A stretch of DNA of 64,000 nucleotides from NCBI GenBank assembly GCA_010909165.1, contig VJWM01000179.1, positions 62,001-126,000 on the forward strand. The letters are read 5' to 3'. A program made the translations under genes and the position numbers. The notes below the pieces were generated by a model that did not search any database, was not told where the DNA came from, and was given only the letters and a program-made list of their open reading frames with translations. The stretch's first letter is position 1; each line of letters opens with the position of its first letter. Origin of the DNA: Anthoceros angustus (Eukaryota > Plantae > Anthocerotophyta). This document shows positions 49,116 through 62,169 of this stretch, piece after piece.

Positions 49116-51757
49116 TCAAGTGATTTGCATGAGTGCGGAGCTTGGGACGAAAGCCGGACCCGCATGAGCGCTGAGCAGCCAGTCGTTTGCGAGTGATGAG
49201 TAGCCAGTGAAGGTCCTTTTTTTACGAAAGGAATACACATAGCGAAGCCATGGAAAGTGGCAATACCGTTCCGGTCCAACTGCAAGTTGAAAAAGCCGCC
49301 GTAAATATCGGCCCTCATGGAAACCAGCCCTTAGTCCATATATCTGTATACGATGGAACCTTCTACTAGGCACATAGGTATTTAGAACATAAAACTAAGG
49401 AATAAACATGCAAACAATACAAACCGTTTCTTTAGGTGACCATTATTCAGGGTTTTTTCTGGGAGACGAAAGGTCAGGATCTCCACTCCTCGGCTCTCTA
49501 CCGTGGAGTGAACGCAAGCCGAAGACGCAACGACTATGAGGCGGTAATCAGCAGCACCGCATTCGACAGAGACAGACGCGCAACGTGGAAATGGCTTGAC
49601 TGGTAAGTAGCGGACCCTGCGTCTCGCGACATAAGTGACGCCCAGCTACTTTTCTACAGAGCTGTGTGTGCAAGAGTCCCGTGAACGGCCTCGCATTGAT
49701 GGTGTTTGTTAGATATGAGACAGTTTCCAGGGAGGAGGGCAACATGTCTGCCCTGCCCCCGGGATATGCGAGCACAGTTGTGTCCAAGTATGCGGACCAG
49801 TGCACTTCAGGAAGCACTTGGCAGCAGCCGGCTTCCCCACGATTCAGCCCCAAACCCAAATATCCCATTGTCTGGAAGGCCATATGCATGGAGGTGGTGT
49901 GAACCGCTGCCAGTCAGTCACCATATTTTGCCCAGTGGTGCCGTCTCGCCTTCGCGGTCAAGCGGCAAAATGTGAAAAGGTTCCGGACATGAGGTGATCT
50001 ACCGTGCACAGACATTCACCCACGCATGCGAGCGGATCAAATGCGGTCATCAGTGCAGGAATCCTGCAACAATTCCAGAAACGTCTCAAGGCATGCAACC
50101 TCGGCAGGAGCGAGATGCTGCCCACTCCGACAGGACAAAGCTTCGGAAGCATTCAAAGTCAATATAGACTAAAACTAGCGCGCCTACAGGCTACGATATT
50201 CCACACCTACTTCTCCACCAGCCGAGACGCAGCTCCCGGCCGTTGGAATTCTGGTCCAGGACCCCAAAACAAAGAGCCCCTTGGGCCCATAGAAGCTGCC
50301 ATGCAGCTTTACCTTTCCTTTCCTTGCCTTGCCTTGCCTTGCAAGCCTTGCGTCGCAGTTTCACTTTCACAAGCCCCATGGATCTGGGATGCCTCGACCT
50401 TAAAAGATGTCTCTTGCAGGTTCAAAAGTATCATCCGTTGTGCCCGTCTCCAGTGGCCTTGTGTCAAAATCACCGTCAACTGCAAACGGGAAGGGAGATG
50501 AAAACCTAAGCCATCAAGGAGTCAGGACCAGAAAGCGTGCTACAGCTCTTTTGTCGGTCGTGTATCGGGTTTCGGGAAGCTAATCCCCAGCTTGGCATGC
50601 TGGGAGACGCAATCTGCTGCTGTCCGCATCTTCTCTCCGTCCGCTAATTTGTCATGAGCTGTCCGTGACCTAGCCTTCCTAGCTGCAGCATCCAGGCCCC
50701 GGGGAGCCTGGGAGTCGACCCTTTTCTGTTTAGGTCACAAGGTGTTTGTTCGGGGTTGGAACGACCTTGTGACACAGCGAATCAACAGCAGTGGCGTGAT
50801 TGAGGTATTCGAACGCCGAGTGCTGTGGAGGACCATGTCATGCTGACGTTTTCTTGACCCAAAGGAGGATGACCATGGACTGCCCTTTCGATGGAGGGTA
50901 AGCGTGGCCTGTTGATTGTGCTGAATACAGGAGCATAATGCTAGCAACAACACCGTTGAGAGTGCAACTTGTGTGGCCCAAGGATTTCCAGCAGCTTCAG
51001 GCTTTGGCGGTGCTGATGTAGGCTCCTCAACGTTTGCGACTGTTTGATCATGAATCTGACTCTTTGTCAACAAAATGCAGTAGCCACTGCCCAGCTGTCT
51101 GCCGACGTCTCTCTCAGGGCTGATGTCATTACCACGCACTACTTCTGCATGGGGAGCACCGGAGGTGTGATAGAAATAGTTGCAACGTTGTCGGGACGGT
51201 CGTTCGGCCATCTACGACTCCAGGGTTTTTTCGCCACAACGCCAGTTTTCTCATCAAATCCAGACAGCTGTTGTTACGATGTCTGCCATAAAGCTCTATA
51301 GACGCCACCCACGTTGTTGCGCAGAATGTCAGCGAAGAACCGGCTATTGCATGTGCCCGCAAGTAAGGAAAACTGTCTTTGCGCTCGACTCTACTATTAT
51401 GGCTTCTGCCGAATCTGCAGACAAAGTTCCGGCCATGATGACTTAGGAGAAAGCCAGACAGTTCGCTGTGCTGTCTCCAGTAGCGTCTGGCAGCCCTAGT
51501 TATCCATCCTATTGGGGCATGAATACACCGGAGAAGTTAGGCAGCCTGCTTGCGTGTGATGCTATCTCTTTCTCCACCGTGAGAGCTGGCCGACCGGGCA
51601 TCCTTAATACGCATTCACAATGAAAACTTTCACGATTGAACGGATCTGAAGAAGCGCAAACGATTAGGGCTTCGTGCCAATTCCGCATTCTACGGAATGA
51701 AGAGACACGGTGGTCAACAAGAGAAGCCTGACAGCCATTGCTTTGGGTTTTGAGAAC

Positions 51758-54289
51758 ATGATGAGATTCTGCTCCACTTGCAATCCATTTCAATCCCCTT
51801 CCTGTCCAAATGTCGTTCTGATATCTGCCAATCTGTCATGTGTTGCCCGTAACAAAGCTTGCTGCTCGTCTCTGCAATGTCCATCCATATCGTCCAGACT
51901 CTCGGTCGTCAGACACGAGTCCGTGACGCAGCTCTGCACCTGCACTTGCACCAGCACATGCAGATGCAGCTCAGCTGGTCCACAGCCCGTTTGGGCCGTA
52001 CTAGTGCCGTCCATGCTGGAGCGGCATCGCCAGTTATCAGGGACTTTTATTTGCTCCCTCTCAAGGGCCTGCTTTCTCGAGGCATCTGCCACCAGGCAGG
52101 GTGGAGAGCAAATCCACTCGGACGGAACAGCTGTCACGGGCTTGGAGAACAAGGACATGCTGGGAAGAAGAGCGAGGGATTCAGCACAACAGATGACAGA
52201 GGTGAGTTGTCTCTTAGCAAATAACAAGGCTTCCCAGCCACCCCGGTAGTCACCTTGCAGCTGAAAGCTTATGTTTATTTGAACATCGCAGAGGCTCCGT
52301 TCTGGAAGAGATTTTTGCACGGCAGGAGCAGACAATCCGAGACACAAGATTCTGGTGACTGGAATTTGTCACCAGAGTGGTGGGGGACTCAGGGAGGGGG
52401 GTGGGGACATAATGAGGGGGCCATGATTTTTGAGCAGCAGTCCGGAATGGCAAACGGAGTTATTTGTGTCACCGCACACCCTGCTTCAACTCCGGTATCT
52501 TCGAGGTTGATCCAGGGCTTTTTGACGCTACCATGGCAGTTGCCAGCGTTGTGCAGTCTTTTATGGACATTGTTGTTATGTGTAGCACCTAGTTGTGGGG
52601 CTACCAGCTCAGTTTCTCCTGCATTTTCTCACCCATAGCCTAAAGGCTTTGACCCAGGAGTCCTTATATCTGGCAGCCTTGCTCAATGATGCAGGCCGTG
52701 CAAGATGCGGAGAAAGAGCTTCAACGAGTTTTACAGTGGAGTACAGGTTTATCGAGGGACAGTTTGCCCTTCCGGTTGGTTGGGTATGAGTGGCGAGTTC
52801 TTCGGTTCAACTGTATCACCCGGCAAAGTGTGGCAAAAGTAGTTGTTCTCAGTCGACGATCCAATCCTGATCAACTCCTCGTACTTCAACTGCCAAATTG
52901 CCTGGCATTTGAGTGTGAGCTTCTACTTTACTCCTGTTTCTTCAGTAAAATGTTTTGGTGTTCAATGACTAGCCTGCATGTATTTCAACCAGCTCATGGG
53001 TTTTGCAGACCTGAAAACTATGGTGTCAGCGGGACTCTCAGCAGTGAGTCTGGCTGGTTTGGACTTGCCTGCCGTAAGAAGGGCATCACAGCAGATGCGC
53101 ATATTGTGCATTGGTCTTGGAGGGGGGAGTCTGCCTCTCTATCTTGCTCATAACTTGCCAGGTAGATGTACAGTCCTTTCAGCGGCAACTGTATGCTATA
53201 CGGAACACTACTGTCATCATGCTAAATTGTTTCATTCGACTCAGGTTCCACAGTTGAAGCTGTGGAGATTGATAAAGCAGTCATCTCGGCTGCTATTGAT
53301 GCCATGGGCTATCCACCCTGCCTGTCCAGCCTGCAACAAGTGGGTGCGAGGGGGAATGAAATCCATGATACTAGTACTCCACCAGTGGAAGCCATGGTTG
53401 CTACGGAGGAAGACGTCGATGTGCACAGTCTATGGGCTCAGATACTTGACAGAATGTTACTGTACGAGGCAGATGGAGTGGATTTTGTGTGCAATATGAA
53501 AGGGCCAGCTGTCTATGATCTGGTATTCATTGATGCGTATGATGGGAAGGATGAAGTTCCTCATGCGCTGTGGGATGTGGATGGTCCCTTCCTTCATTCT
53601 CTCAAGCAGCGTCTGCATCCCAGACATGGGACTGTTGTGGTAGGTTTGAAAGCCTCCTCCATCTTACATCTCTGAGGGACTGTCCTTGAGTGTAGCCCTT
53701 GGCAATGCAATTGGTGTAAACGCTGTTTTTATTAACAGTAGTATCCCTTAACTGGCGTGCAGGTGAACCTGCATTCTGATTCACCGCCACCTGCTGTGCA
53801 TGAAAAGCTGACGGGGAAATATGGTCCAGGATTTGACGCCTCTCGACCACAGGGCAAGAAAGTGAGGGACACATGCTTAGCATACAGGTATGCACATCTC
53901 ACATGAGATCCATCATGCCTGCCCTCTTGTTGTGTAGATGTAACACATGTCGCGACATGGCACATGATGATGCATCCAGGAATGCTGTGCTCGCAACGCA
54001 CGAAGGAGACACAAGAAGCCCTTCAGAAGAGACGGAAGGCGTGGAAGGGATAGCCTTCACCGTAGCTGTCCCGTGGCAACAGAATATTGCTCTGGTTGTG
54101 TCAAGGGGAGGGCTATCCAATGGGGACCCGGGAACCAATGCGGGAGGTCAAAAAGGCGGCATGTCAGTGACACACCAGGATTTCCTGATGAAAGCATTGC
54201 AGTCCGAAGGCCAGCTTGTGCAGCAAGTACTGGGTTCAACGATTAACTTCCGCAAGAGAGTTGCACGCGGTTTTCAGGCTGTCGTGTAG
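51758..54289 (+). CDS. SAM-dependent methyltransferase, spermidine-synthase-like fold, 7 exons, probable organellar transit peptide (resembles the Arabidopsis At5g63100 family, from memory)
   Basis: Phase-consistent GT-AG exons ~51758-52201, 52261-52494, ~52677-52914, 53009-53161, 53245-53639, 53763-53887, 53980-54289. Motifs GDW..SPEWWG, GYEWRVLRFN, ILCIGLGGGSLP, VEID, YDLVFIDAYDG, VNLH. The start and the exon 2 and 3 acceptors are uncertain. Confidence 0.88.
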
Positions 54290-54670
54290 CGGCCGTATTT
54301 CCACAGTAGTCCAGACGGAGGACCTTGTGTAGTGTAACAAACGATATGAAACAGCCGGAAAAGCAATGCTAAACATAGACATGTGTAGAGTGATGTTGTC
54401 GCAAGCCGAGTCCGCAACGGTCAGACAAGTGGAGAGTAACGGCAACGGGTGGATAATATGGATTAAACAAGGGGCCCGGTGAGGAGCCCGGAACCCTAGG
54501 GCGCGCAGCGGCCGCCACGTGGAGGAGCGCGGGCAATCCAGAGGAGGCTGTGATAAACGAAGGAGGTTGAATACACGCACCTTTTGCTTCCACGACGACG
54601 AGAGAAGGCAGACGCGGTTTCAGGCAGCGCGACCGAGACCAAGGGCGACTGCCATGTTGAGGCCTCAGAT

Positions 54671-57597
54671 ATGTTCCCCTCCGACACCAGCGACGTGAAA
54701 GGAGACGACTGCTCCTCCTCCGACGATTCCACAACCCTGCCTCCTCCCGGGCATGCTGAGCCCGGTGCCCATGGCCAGAGACACTCGTCGCTGCAGTCGC
54801 AACTGGACTCGGCCTCTGCTGCCTCACAGCCGTCAGCATCGCCATCGCCATCGCCATCGCCGCCGTCGGCGGAGCTGAGCTTGGGTACAGGGGGAGGCGG
54901 AGGTGCAGCCACAGTGGCGTTGGCGGCGCAAGCCTCCGGCCCCGGGAGGCCCAGGAAGAGGTATGTCGGGGTGAGGCAGAGGCCGTCGGGCCGATGGGTG
55001 GCGGAGATCAAGGACACCACGCACAAGATCCGGCTGTGGCTCGGCACCTTCAACAACCCGGAGGACGCCGCCCGGGCGTACGATGACGCCGCGCGCACCC
55101 TGCGCGGCGCCAACACCAGGACCAACTTCGCCAGGACCGCCGGATCCCGCTCCGGCTTCTCGTCCAATTCCGTGCGCCTGCTGCTGCAACGCGCCGTGGA
55201 GGCCGCTGCCGTGGCCGGGACCCTGGACAGCGGCGGAGTCCTGCCCTCCGCTGCTGCTGCTGCTGCTGCCGCCGGCTCCGGATCCACGTCAGGTGCGTTC
55301 GCTGCCTCTGTCGGCGTCGTCTCCGTCTCCGTCCGGTCGATGCTGCCTCGAAGCCTCCGCGGCTGCAGCAAACGTTGCGAATTCATGTAACGCGAATTTG
55401 GTGTTGTGCAGGCTCCGAGCAGGTCCCGTCGGGTCTGGCGTATGACAGGAGTATGGCAGCAGCGCTCTCGGACAGCTCCGAGCTAGCGCTGGACGAGCAC
55501 GTGCAAGAACGGGGCGATGTCTCCAGCGATTACTCTGAATTGGATCCCCTCTTTCCTGCTGCTCCCCGTTCTCGTCACCGCGGGGAGACTAGTCATTCCA
55601 GCACGGCTGTGAGTCTGGCGCAGCAGGCGTCCAGTGTACACGTCTTAAGCTTGCCGCCCACTGTTGTGGCTCCGGGCTCGCAGTTGAGAGCGTATTCCGG
55701 CCTAGCTGCTGCCACGTCTGGCTCCTTGCAATTGGACCAGAGACAGGTACAGGAGCTGCGCACTGCATTGAAGAAGTTGCTTGCTCTTGACTGCAACTTG
55801 CGAATATGCTTTCCGTCACAGCGCTGTCTCTAGACTCACGGCTTTGAGTTGTGCGCATTGGTGATCGTGCAGGTCTTAAAGGCTGGCCATGGATTGGTAT
55901 CGGGCTACTCTTCGGCAGCTTACGTGGAGTCCGATTCACAGCTTGTTGAAGGAGGGAAGCCGGATCAAGGCGGCAGCAAGACCTACCATGCATCTCATGT
56001 CCTGGATATCTACGAGTCCTTGCGGGAGAAGCTGGGCTGCACAGCCGGCACCAGCACTGAAAGTCCCACTACCATGCAGCAGCAGCTGGCTTGTAATAGA
56101 TCAACAGGCCTAGGACCTGCTTTCAATCCAGGGGACCGGGGTACTATAGCGACTACTACAACTGCTTCTTCCGCAGGTGACATGGGTCGGGGCAGCTGGG
56201 AGCAAACTCCCTCTGACAGAGACCTCAGCCAGTGGTCTCGGACTAGGATGCATGAGATGCAGGATCATACGCCACCCGTCAGTGCTGCTCAGTCCATCCA
56301 AGGCAGCTGGGATCGGAACCAGGCTGAGGACGGATCATGTGATTTGGAAGAACTAGGGATCCCTACTGTGAACCCATGGGGAGACGTCGGCTCTAGGATT
56401 CTCGCACGTGATCATGAGGAGGAGGCTGATCAGAGGATGGAGGGTATCGCTTCCTTGAACTGGGACGATCTAGGTCGGGTGGCGGAGCAGACTCGACCCA
56501 TAGAACTAGGCATGAGCACAATGAAATGGAGCAGAAATGCTGATGGCCCACAGGGCATGGAGGGCATTGAAAGCTGGGGCAGCATGCATATGGAAGGTGG
56601 GAACTTGGGAGGACCAGAAACTGCTCACGTTTCCGCTTCCAGAACCATTTCACAATTGCAATTCCACAATCAGTGGCTATCGAGCGGGCCCGGGGCACCG
56701 GTCCAGATGCTAGATCCCGGGCATTCGCAGGGATCATTAGACCTTGACCAGATTCACAGCACAGGCAGGGGGGAGCGAGAACTTCATAATTCTGCCAACG
56801 ATCTGAATCCACTCTCGCAACACCAATCGGTTTCAGGCAAGAGATCCAGCTACGACTATCTCTGGGCAAGCTCGGCCATGGCCAGTCCACCGCTCTACGT
56901 TCCGAGTGCATTCATGCGTCACATCGCAAAGGTTCCTTTTCCCTATGCTCCGCCTGAGGCAGGAGTCGTCATCCAGAACTCTGGCAGGCAAGAATCAGCA
57001 TATCGAGGGATGACTGCTCAGGACTCAAATCCGAACAGCGGTGGAACCAGCAATGCCGCTGCGTCTGCTGTGGACTACATGCGATTGATGAGCGGAGCTG
57101 ATCTTAATGATCCCGGCCATCACCAACGGAGGACATCCATGTTCCCGCCCGATGAGAGCGAGCACGGAGCAGACGGGGAGCTCAATTTCCTGCTGTCATC
57201 TCCAGGGTTTTTCCGCATGGATAGCTTCCCACGGCATGAGGTGCAGTCGCCCAGCTTCTCAGCACCAGAAGCTACGGCGACACGGGACACAGCCCTCAAT
57301 TTGTTCCGCGCCAGCCAAGCAGGTGCGACAACCATGCAGGTTGACTCCGCATTCTCTGCTGCAAGCTTGGAAGCACAGCGCCCACCACCGGCGGCGCAAT
57401 CACCGGACAAATCCTTGCAGATGCAGAATCACATGAAAGAGTTGAGCAACATGCCCACGGCCAGGCACACAGATTCGCCTGAGCTTGCTGGCGCGGAACC
57501 TATTGTCCGGCCCTCGCTGCAAAGAACAAATGCGGCGTGTTTGGTGGAGATAGTGGAGGATGCAGGTCTGGACAAGGAGGCGGCCCGCACTCGCTAA
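54671..57597 (+). CDS. AP2/ERF transcription factor, ERF group V (ERN/RAP2.11-like AP2 domain), 3 exons, ~890 aa
   Basis: [59 protein letters not shown]. Phase-consistent exons 54671-55292, 55412-55746, 55873-57597. Confidence 0.85.
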
Positions 57598-59406
57598 CGA
57601 ACGTGTCTCCATTAACGTGTCCCAGGTAGCTGCAGCAGTTAAAAATTCGTCATGAGGATCGATGGCACAGGTTCTCGTTCCGCCAGGTCAGAAGCAAGAC
57701 AAGTATGACCAGTAGAATATCATGGATCAACCGGAACTGTAGAGCTAGGCCTTTTCTATTTCAAAGCATCGTTTAGGTGATGGCGTCCGCTTATCTTTTG
57801 GTTCGCACCTTGCCCGCACAGCCTTGGAGCATATTTCAAAGCAGACCTCTCAGATTCCTGTTCGTAGGAAGCAATGCCGGCGTGACAGTGGTTAGAACAC
57901 ACCAAAATGTGAGCTTTAGGATTAGGCCGGGCTTGAACGTAACGAGCAACGAGCTTGTCAAGCTGATGAGCGGATTCGTGGAACCTGCAATGCAAGGGGA
58001 GCCGCTATAACTTCAAGGGCTTCGGCCCTAATTCACTGGTCACTGCATTGAATGTACTGCAACTTCAAGCAGTTCGGTTGATCAAAGACCATAGACGGTA
58101 AGGCTCCGTTGTTCAGCTTGATCATTGTTTTGTATTAAGGAGAGAGTAAAATCGCAATTCTGAATTTCAAGCTTTCCTGCCACTTTGGCAATGTAATATG
58201 AAACCGGGAGAAGGATTTTGTCATCCCTTTACTGGCAAGCAGAGATTGAGCGGGGGCATTCAGCCTACTTGGTGGCAAGCCAAGCTTTCGGACTTTCGTA
58301 CGGAAAAGACAAATTGTGCTCTAGAATTCGATGAACAGGCAAAGACAAAGCTTCGACTTGCAAGTGGAGTACTCTTTTGCTTAAGACCCGAGGAAGACAA
58401 GAGCAGGAACAAGAAACAAAAGGGACGTCTGCGGTTGCTTAGTACATTCAAACGAGCTGCTGATTCTATTCCACTGGACAAACACGTCAAGAAGTGGATG
58501 CAACACAAAGGAGCATCTTCCTCCTGTTCCACTTGAAAGAACACTTACTGGGAATAACACTTCGTCACGCTACCCGTCCCCAACTCCTATGTTAGTCTGT
58601 TGGGCTTCTTTTCTAGTAATATGATATGCTATTGTTCTTGTTGTTCCCGCCATTGGTCCTTCCACTTTCTTTTTGACCTCATCGATTACAGAACACGTTT
58701 GTCAATATGCTCACCACATTGTCGTCCAAGATGAAGCCAAAGCCCACCGCCTCTTGCTTGTTCTTCACTCTTTCCCGTGTGGTACAGGGCTTCACCTGGT
58801 CACGACATCCTATTGCCTGGACCAGAAACCAGGCTTTGGGCTTGTTTAACCTTGTCAACCAGATGTTTGCTTGCGGTTTCATCAACAGAACTTTTGTGCT
58901 CTGGACACCTACTCAGATTTAATCTTTTAGGCTTACCAGATTCTGATCAGTATGAAAAGAGACGAACTTGGCGGGCATTTCAACCATCCTCTGTCAACTA
59001 CGTCTTGTCAGGCCTGACAGTCCATTTGCATGCTCATGACATCGGTCACAACTGCTGTCCCAACCTCTTCAGGACAACAGCATTACAGAGACTGCCCATC
59101 CACCTCCGAGCTCGTCTGTACTATTACCGAACTACATGAGTCATGACAAACGTGGAATGCGCGGCATTGAGTGCTGTGGAATGGATGGGACACGATCCGG
59201 GAGCTAACCTGAAATATCGTTTTCTTTGAAAGATATAGACGGGGGAACTTTCCCTCCAACCTCCAGCGTCGACCCCAGGAGGTTCGAAGCCTTATAGAAA
59301 TGTGCTCGTGGAAGCTGCCTTGTCAACCCATCACAGCCATCTAGATCAATCAAGGTTGTGAATGGTACAAACAAAAGAACATCTTAGTTGTGAACCGGGA
59401 TGAACC

Positions 59407-59502
59407 TCGTAGTCTGCCTATGTACAGTACATAAACAGACTACGATGTACATCAGACAAGTATGGAGTCGTCTGCCTATGTACAGTACATAAACAGACTA
59501 CG
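59407..59502. repeat. Two direct copies of a ~36-bp palindromic hairpin
   Basis: TCGTAGTCTG-CC-TATGTAC-A-GTACATA-AA-CAGACTACGA at 59407-59445; second copy at 59467-59502. Confidence 0.85.
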
Positions 59503-59574
59503 TGGCCCAGCAATTGGGAGAGCTCTTGGTTAGCCGTTTCCGCTCAACCAAGTGGACGGAAGAACACAACTTGC

Positions 59575-59735
59575 GAGGGTTCCACTCTGCCCATGGTGAG
59601 CCCCATTTTCTCGCTCATGTCCAGGTCTTGGGGTTGCTTTAAGTCATTGGGGAGAGACCAGCGAAAGTTGTGCAGCAGAGTAGCAAGAGTGAGCTGCACA
59701 CATTAGTAAACCTAACTTCGTCCCTATATCAACGA
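59575..59735 (-). pseudogene. Cytochrome P450 C-terminal fragment
   Basis: Homologous to 62195-62345 ([13 protein letters not shown]...DLDMSEK..LTMGRVE); heme loop absent. Confidence 0.85.
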
Positions 59736-60269
59736 CAAAGGCATTGTCCTCCACAAAAAGGATTCGCCTGAATTTGGTCGAAAAATATCCTTAAATTCAA
59801 CAAAAAAATAATATATTTTAATAAAGGACCATATATTTTAATAGAGGACCTTTTAAACATGTTTCCAAGAACGCTAACGCCCTGAACAGTTTCAACCACA
59901 TATGAAATCAAGATGTAAGGTACGCATAAACTGCATCCCCAGTGAACATGGATTTTGTCATTTCATGGCATGTGCCCGGATTACATATGGTGTCTTTTTG
60001 AGATAGTAGACGCTGAAAAGGAGGTATACATCGGCCGATTTCATCCAAATTGGGCTCACTTTTAGTCACTACTATAGTCTTGTAATTCCAACAACTTTGA
60101 AAGAGCTATTCCCCTATTGTGTGCCGGACTCTTGTATTCTAGAAACAAAAAAAAACACAAAACCTCCATGCGCATCAAAAGGATTCGGCTGCAAACGACA
60201 CATTTTACCATATAGAGGACGAAGGATGCAAGTACATTGAAATTTCTTTCCAAGCTTTGCGTTTGGGAG

Positions 60270-60455
60270 ACTAGAGAGAGAGTTTTGCGCTGGCAATTCG
60301 GCGCATTTGTTTCACTTTGTGTATGGAATGCTAGAGGAAAAGAACCTTCTCCAGTGTATTCCTTTCACTTTATGTATGGAATACTAGAGGAAAAGAATCT
60401 TGTCCGGTGCATTCCTTTTACTTTTTGTATGGACAACTAGAGAAAAAGAATCTTG
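60270..60455. repeat. ~53-bp minisatellite (about 3.5 units)
   Basis: CTAGAGGAAAAGAA...TTCCTTT...GTATGGA units at 60271, 60331, 60384 and 60437. Confidence 0.82.
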
Positions 60456-62169
60456 CATGCCTTCCCTCAAAACTTTAGGATGCAACACTAACCAAAAAAT
60501 ATGTGAAATTAATGACATATTTTCATCGGCAAGGTTCATAGATAGACAGTCCTTGATTAGTTCTTTTGTGGACTGCGTCGAAAGTGCACTCCACACAAGG
60601 GTGCGCCGACCTACTTGCACAATCCCCATAAATGTACTTTTTAAAGGTTTTTGGGAGTTTTCTTTTTCTTTTTCTTTTGGTTTTACAAAGTGGCTTCACT
60701 CTTGCTATTACAACCTATTAGGAGGTCTGCAAGAGCCTTACGACAAATGCGTTTTTGCGTTTTTTTGCAAGATAGCACAAGTTATCTATTTAAACCAGTT
60801 CCGAAGGGCTTCGCGGCAAGCAGGTCACCAAAGCTGAGAGAAATCGGGGATACGTGGTACCCATCTTAGTAGAGATAGAATTGGCTTGTACCTCATCCTC
60901 ACAGTGATGGGACCAGGATGCTTACAACCCCATCTTGGCAGAGATAGGACCGATCACACACCCCATCCCAGTAGTGATGGGACCGGGGCAATGTGATAAA
61001 AAGAAGTTCCAATGAACTTATAGCCCCCTTATTACTCCTCAAGGGTAGAGAATTTCCATTAATATTTGCTATGAGAAAGACCAATCAGATTATCCTTTAG
61101 TTTGATAATATATCAAGTTAATAAATTTTATATTTTCAAGAAATTTTATATTAGCACATAAATTAAGTAAGTTGTGAAAGACCAGCTTGGTTTAATGCAC
61201 ATACAATTATAGATAAAATGATCTTATTCACATTCTTGTATATATAATTTGAGAATATATTAATTTATTAGGTTTTTAGATATAATTCATGAAATCAAGA
61301 AATTTTTATATCAACACGTCATAAAATAGAATTTAAAATATAGTTTATATATTTATTTAAAACAAAAGGATAGGTTGAGAAAGAGTAAATGTAAAGTATA
61401 GGTTGTATGTTTATTTAATACACCAAGATAGGTTGAGAAAGAAAACCGTGCGGTGCATGAAAGGGCTCACAAACAAGAAGAGTGAACAAATGCATCGTGC
61501 CTAATCTCATAGTCGAGCCGAAAGAGCGAACTTATGCATCCTGTCTGTCAGGGGCGAGAGGCCTGACCCCTAAGCGATTTGAGCCGTCTACTAAAGCCAC
61601 TCTGGATTCGCTTGTCATTCCACACACACAAACAAATGATTGCCAGTTCCTCGAGGGCTCATTATTCCTTGCTCTTTTCACTTCAACTGTTTCCTTTCAG
61701 CACACCATCCCCGATTGGCAAGCCTCACCAGCTGTCTATGCGCGGTTCATGCAAGAAAGGCGAAAGATCGTGGTGCCTTGTGCAAAGCTGTAAAGCAAGC
61801 TACTGTGGAGCGAGATGCCCTACCGAGCCACCAACCTGTCTATCCTCGTCACCTCAAGGATAATTCATCGAAGTGTCAATGAATTATCCACACATGGGTT
61901 CATTATTAGAACTCCGGCGGCAAGCATTGGGATGGGTGAGGGTGCCACCCATTACCAGCTCTATATGAATGCCCGCGGTCTCTGCAATGTGCATGGCCCT
62001 CAAGATTACAAGCTCCAGTTATTAATGTCCTATGGGATTACTCTTGGGTAAAATTCTCGATGTAGGACTTCGATGTATACTTTAAAATATTTATATTGAA
62101 ATTTTAAATTTTAAAAAACAGAACCTATTTAGAAAGGGCGCGCTTCCCGCAAGGCAAATTCGGCTCGAC

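Noticed and set aside
51790-52347. 185-aa minus-strand ORF
   Set aside because: It is an antisense shadow of the first exons of the methyltransferase.
54369-55386. Minus-strand ORFs of 162 and 296 aa
   Set aside because: They are antisense shadows of the GC-rich AP2/ERF exon.
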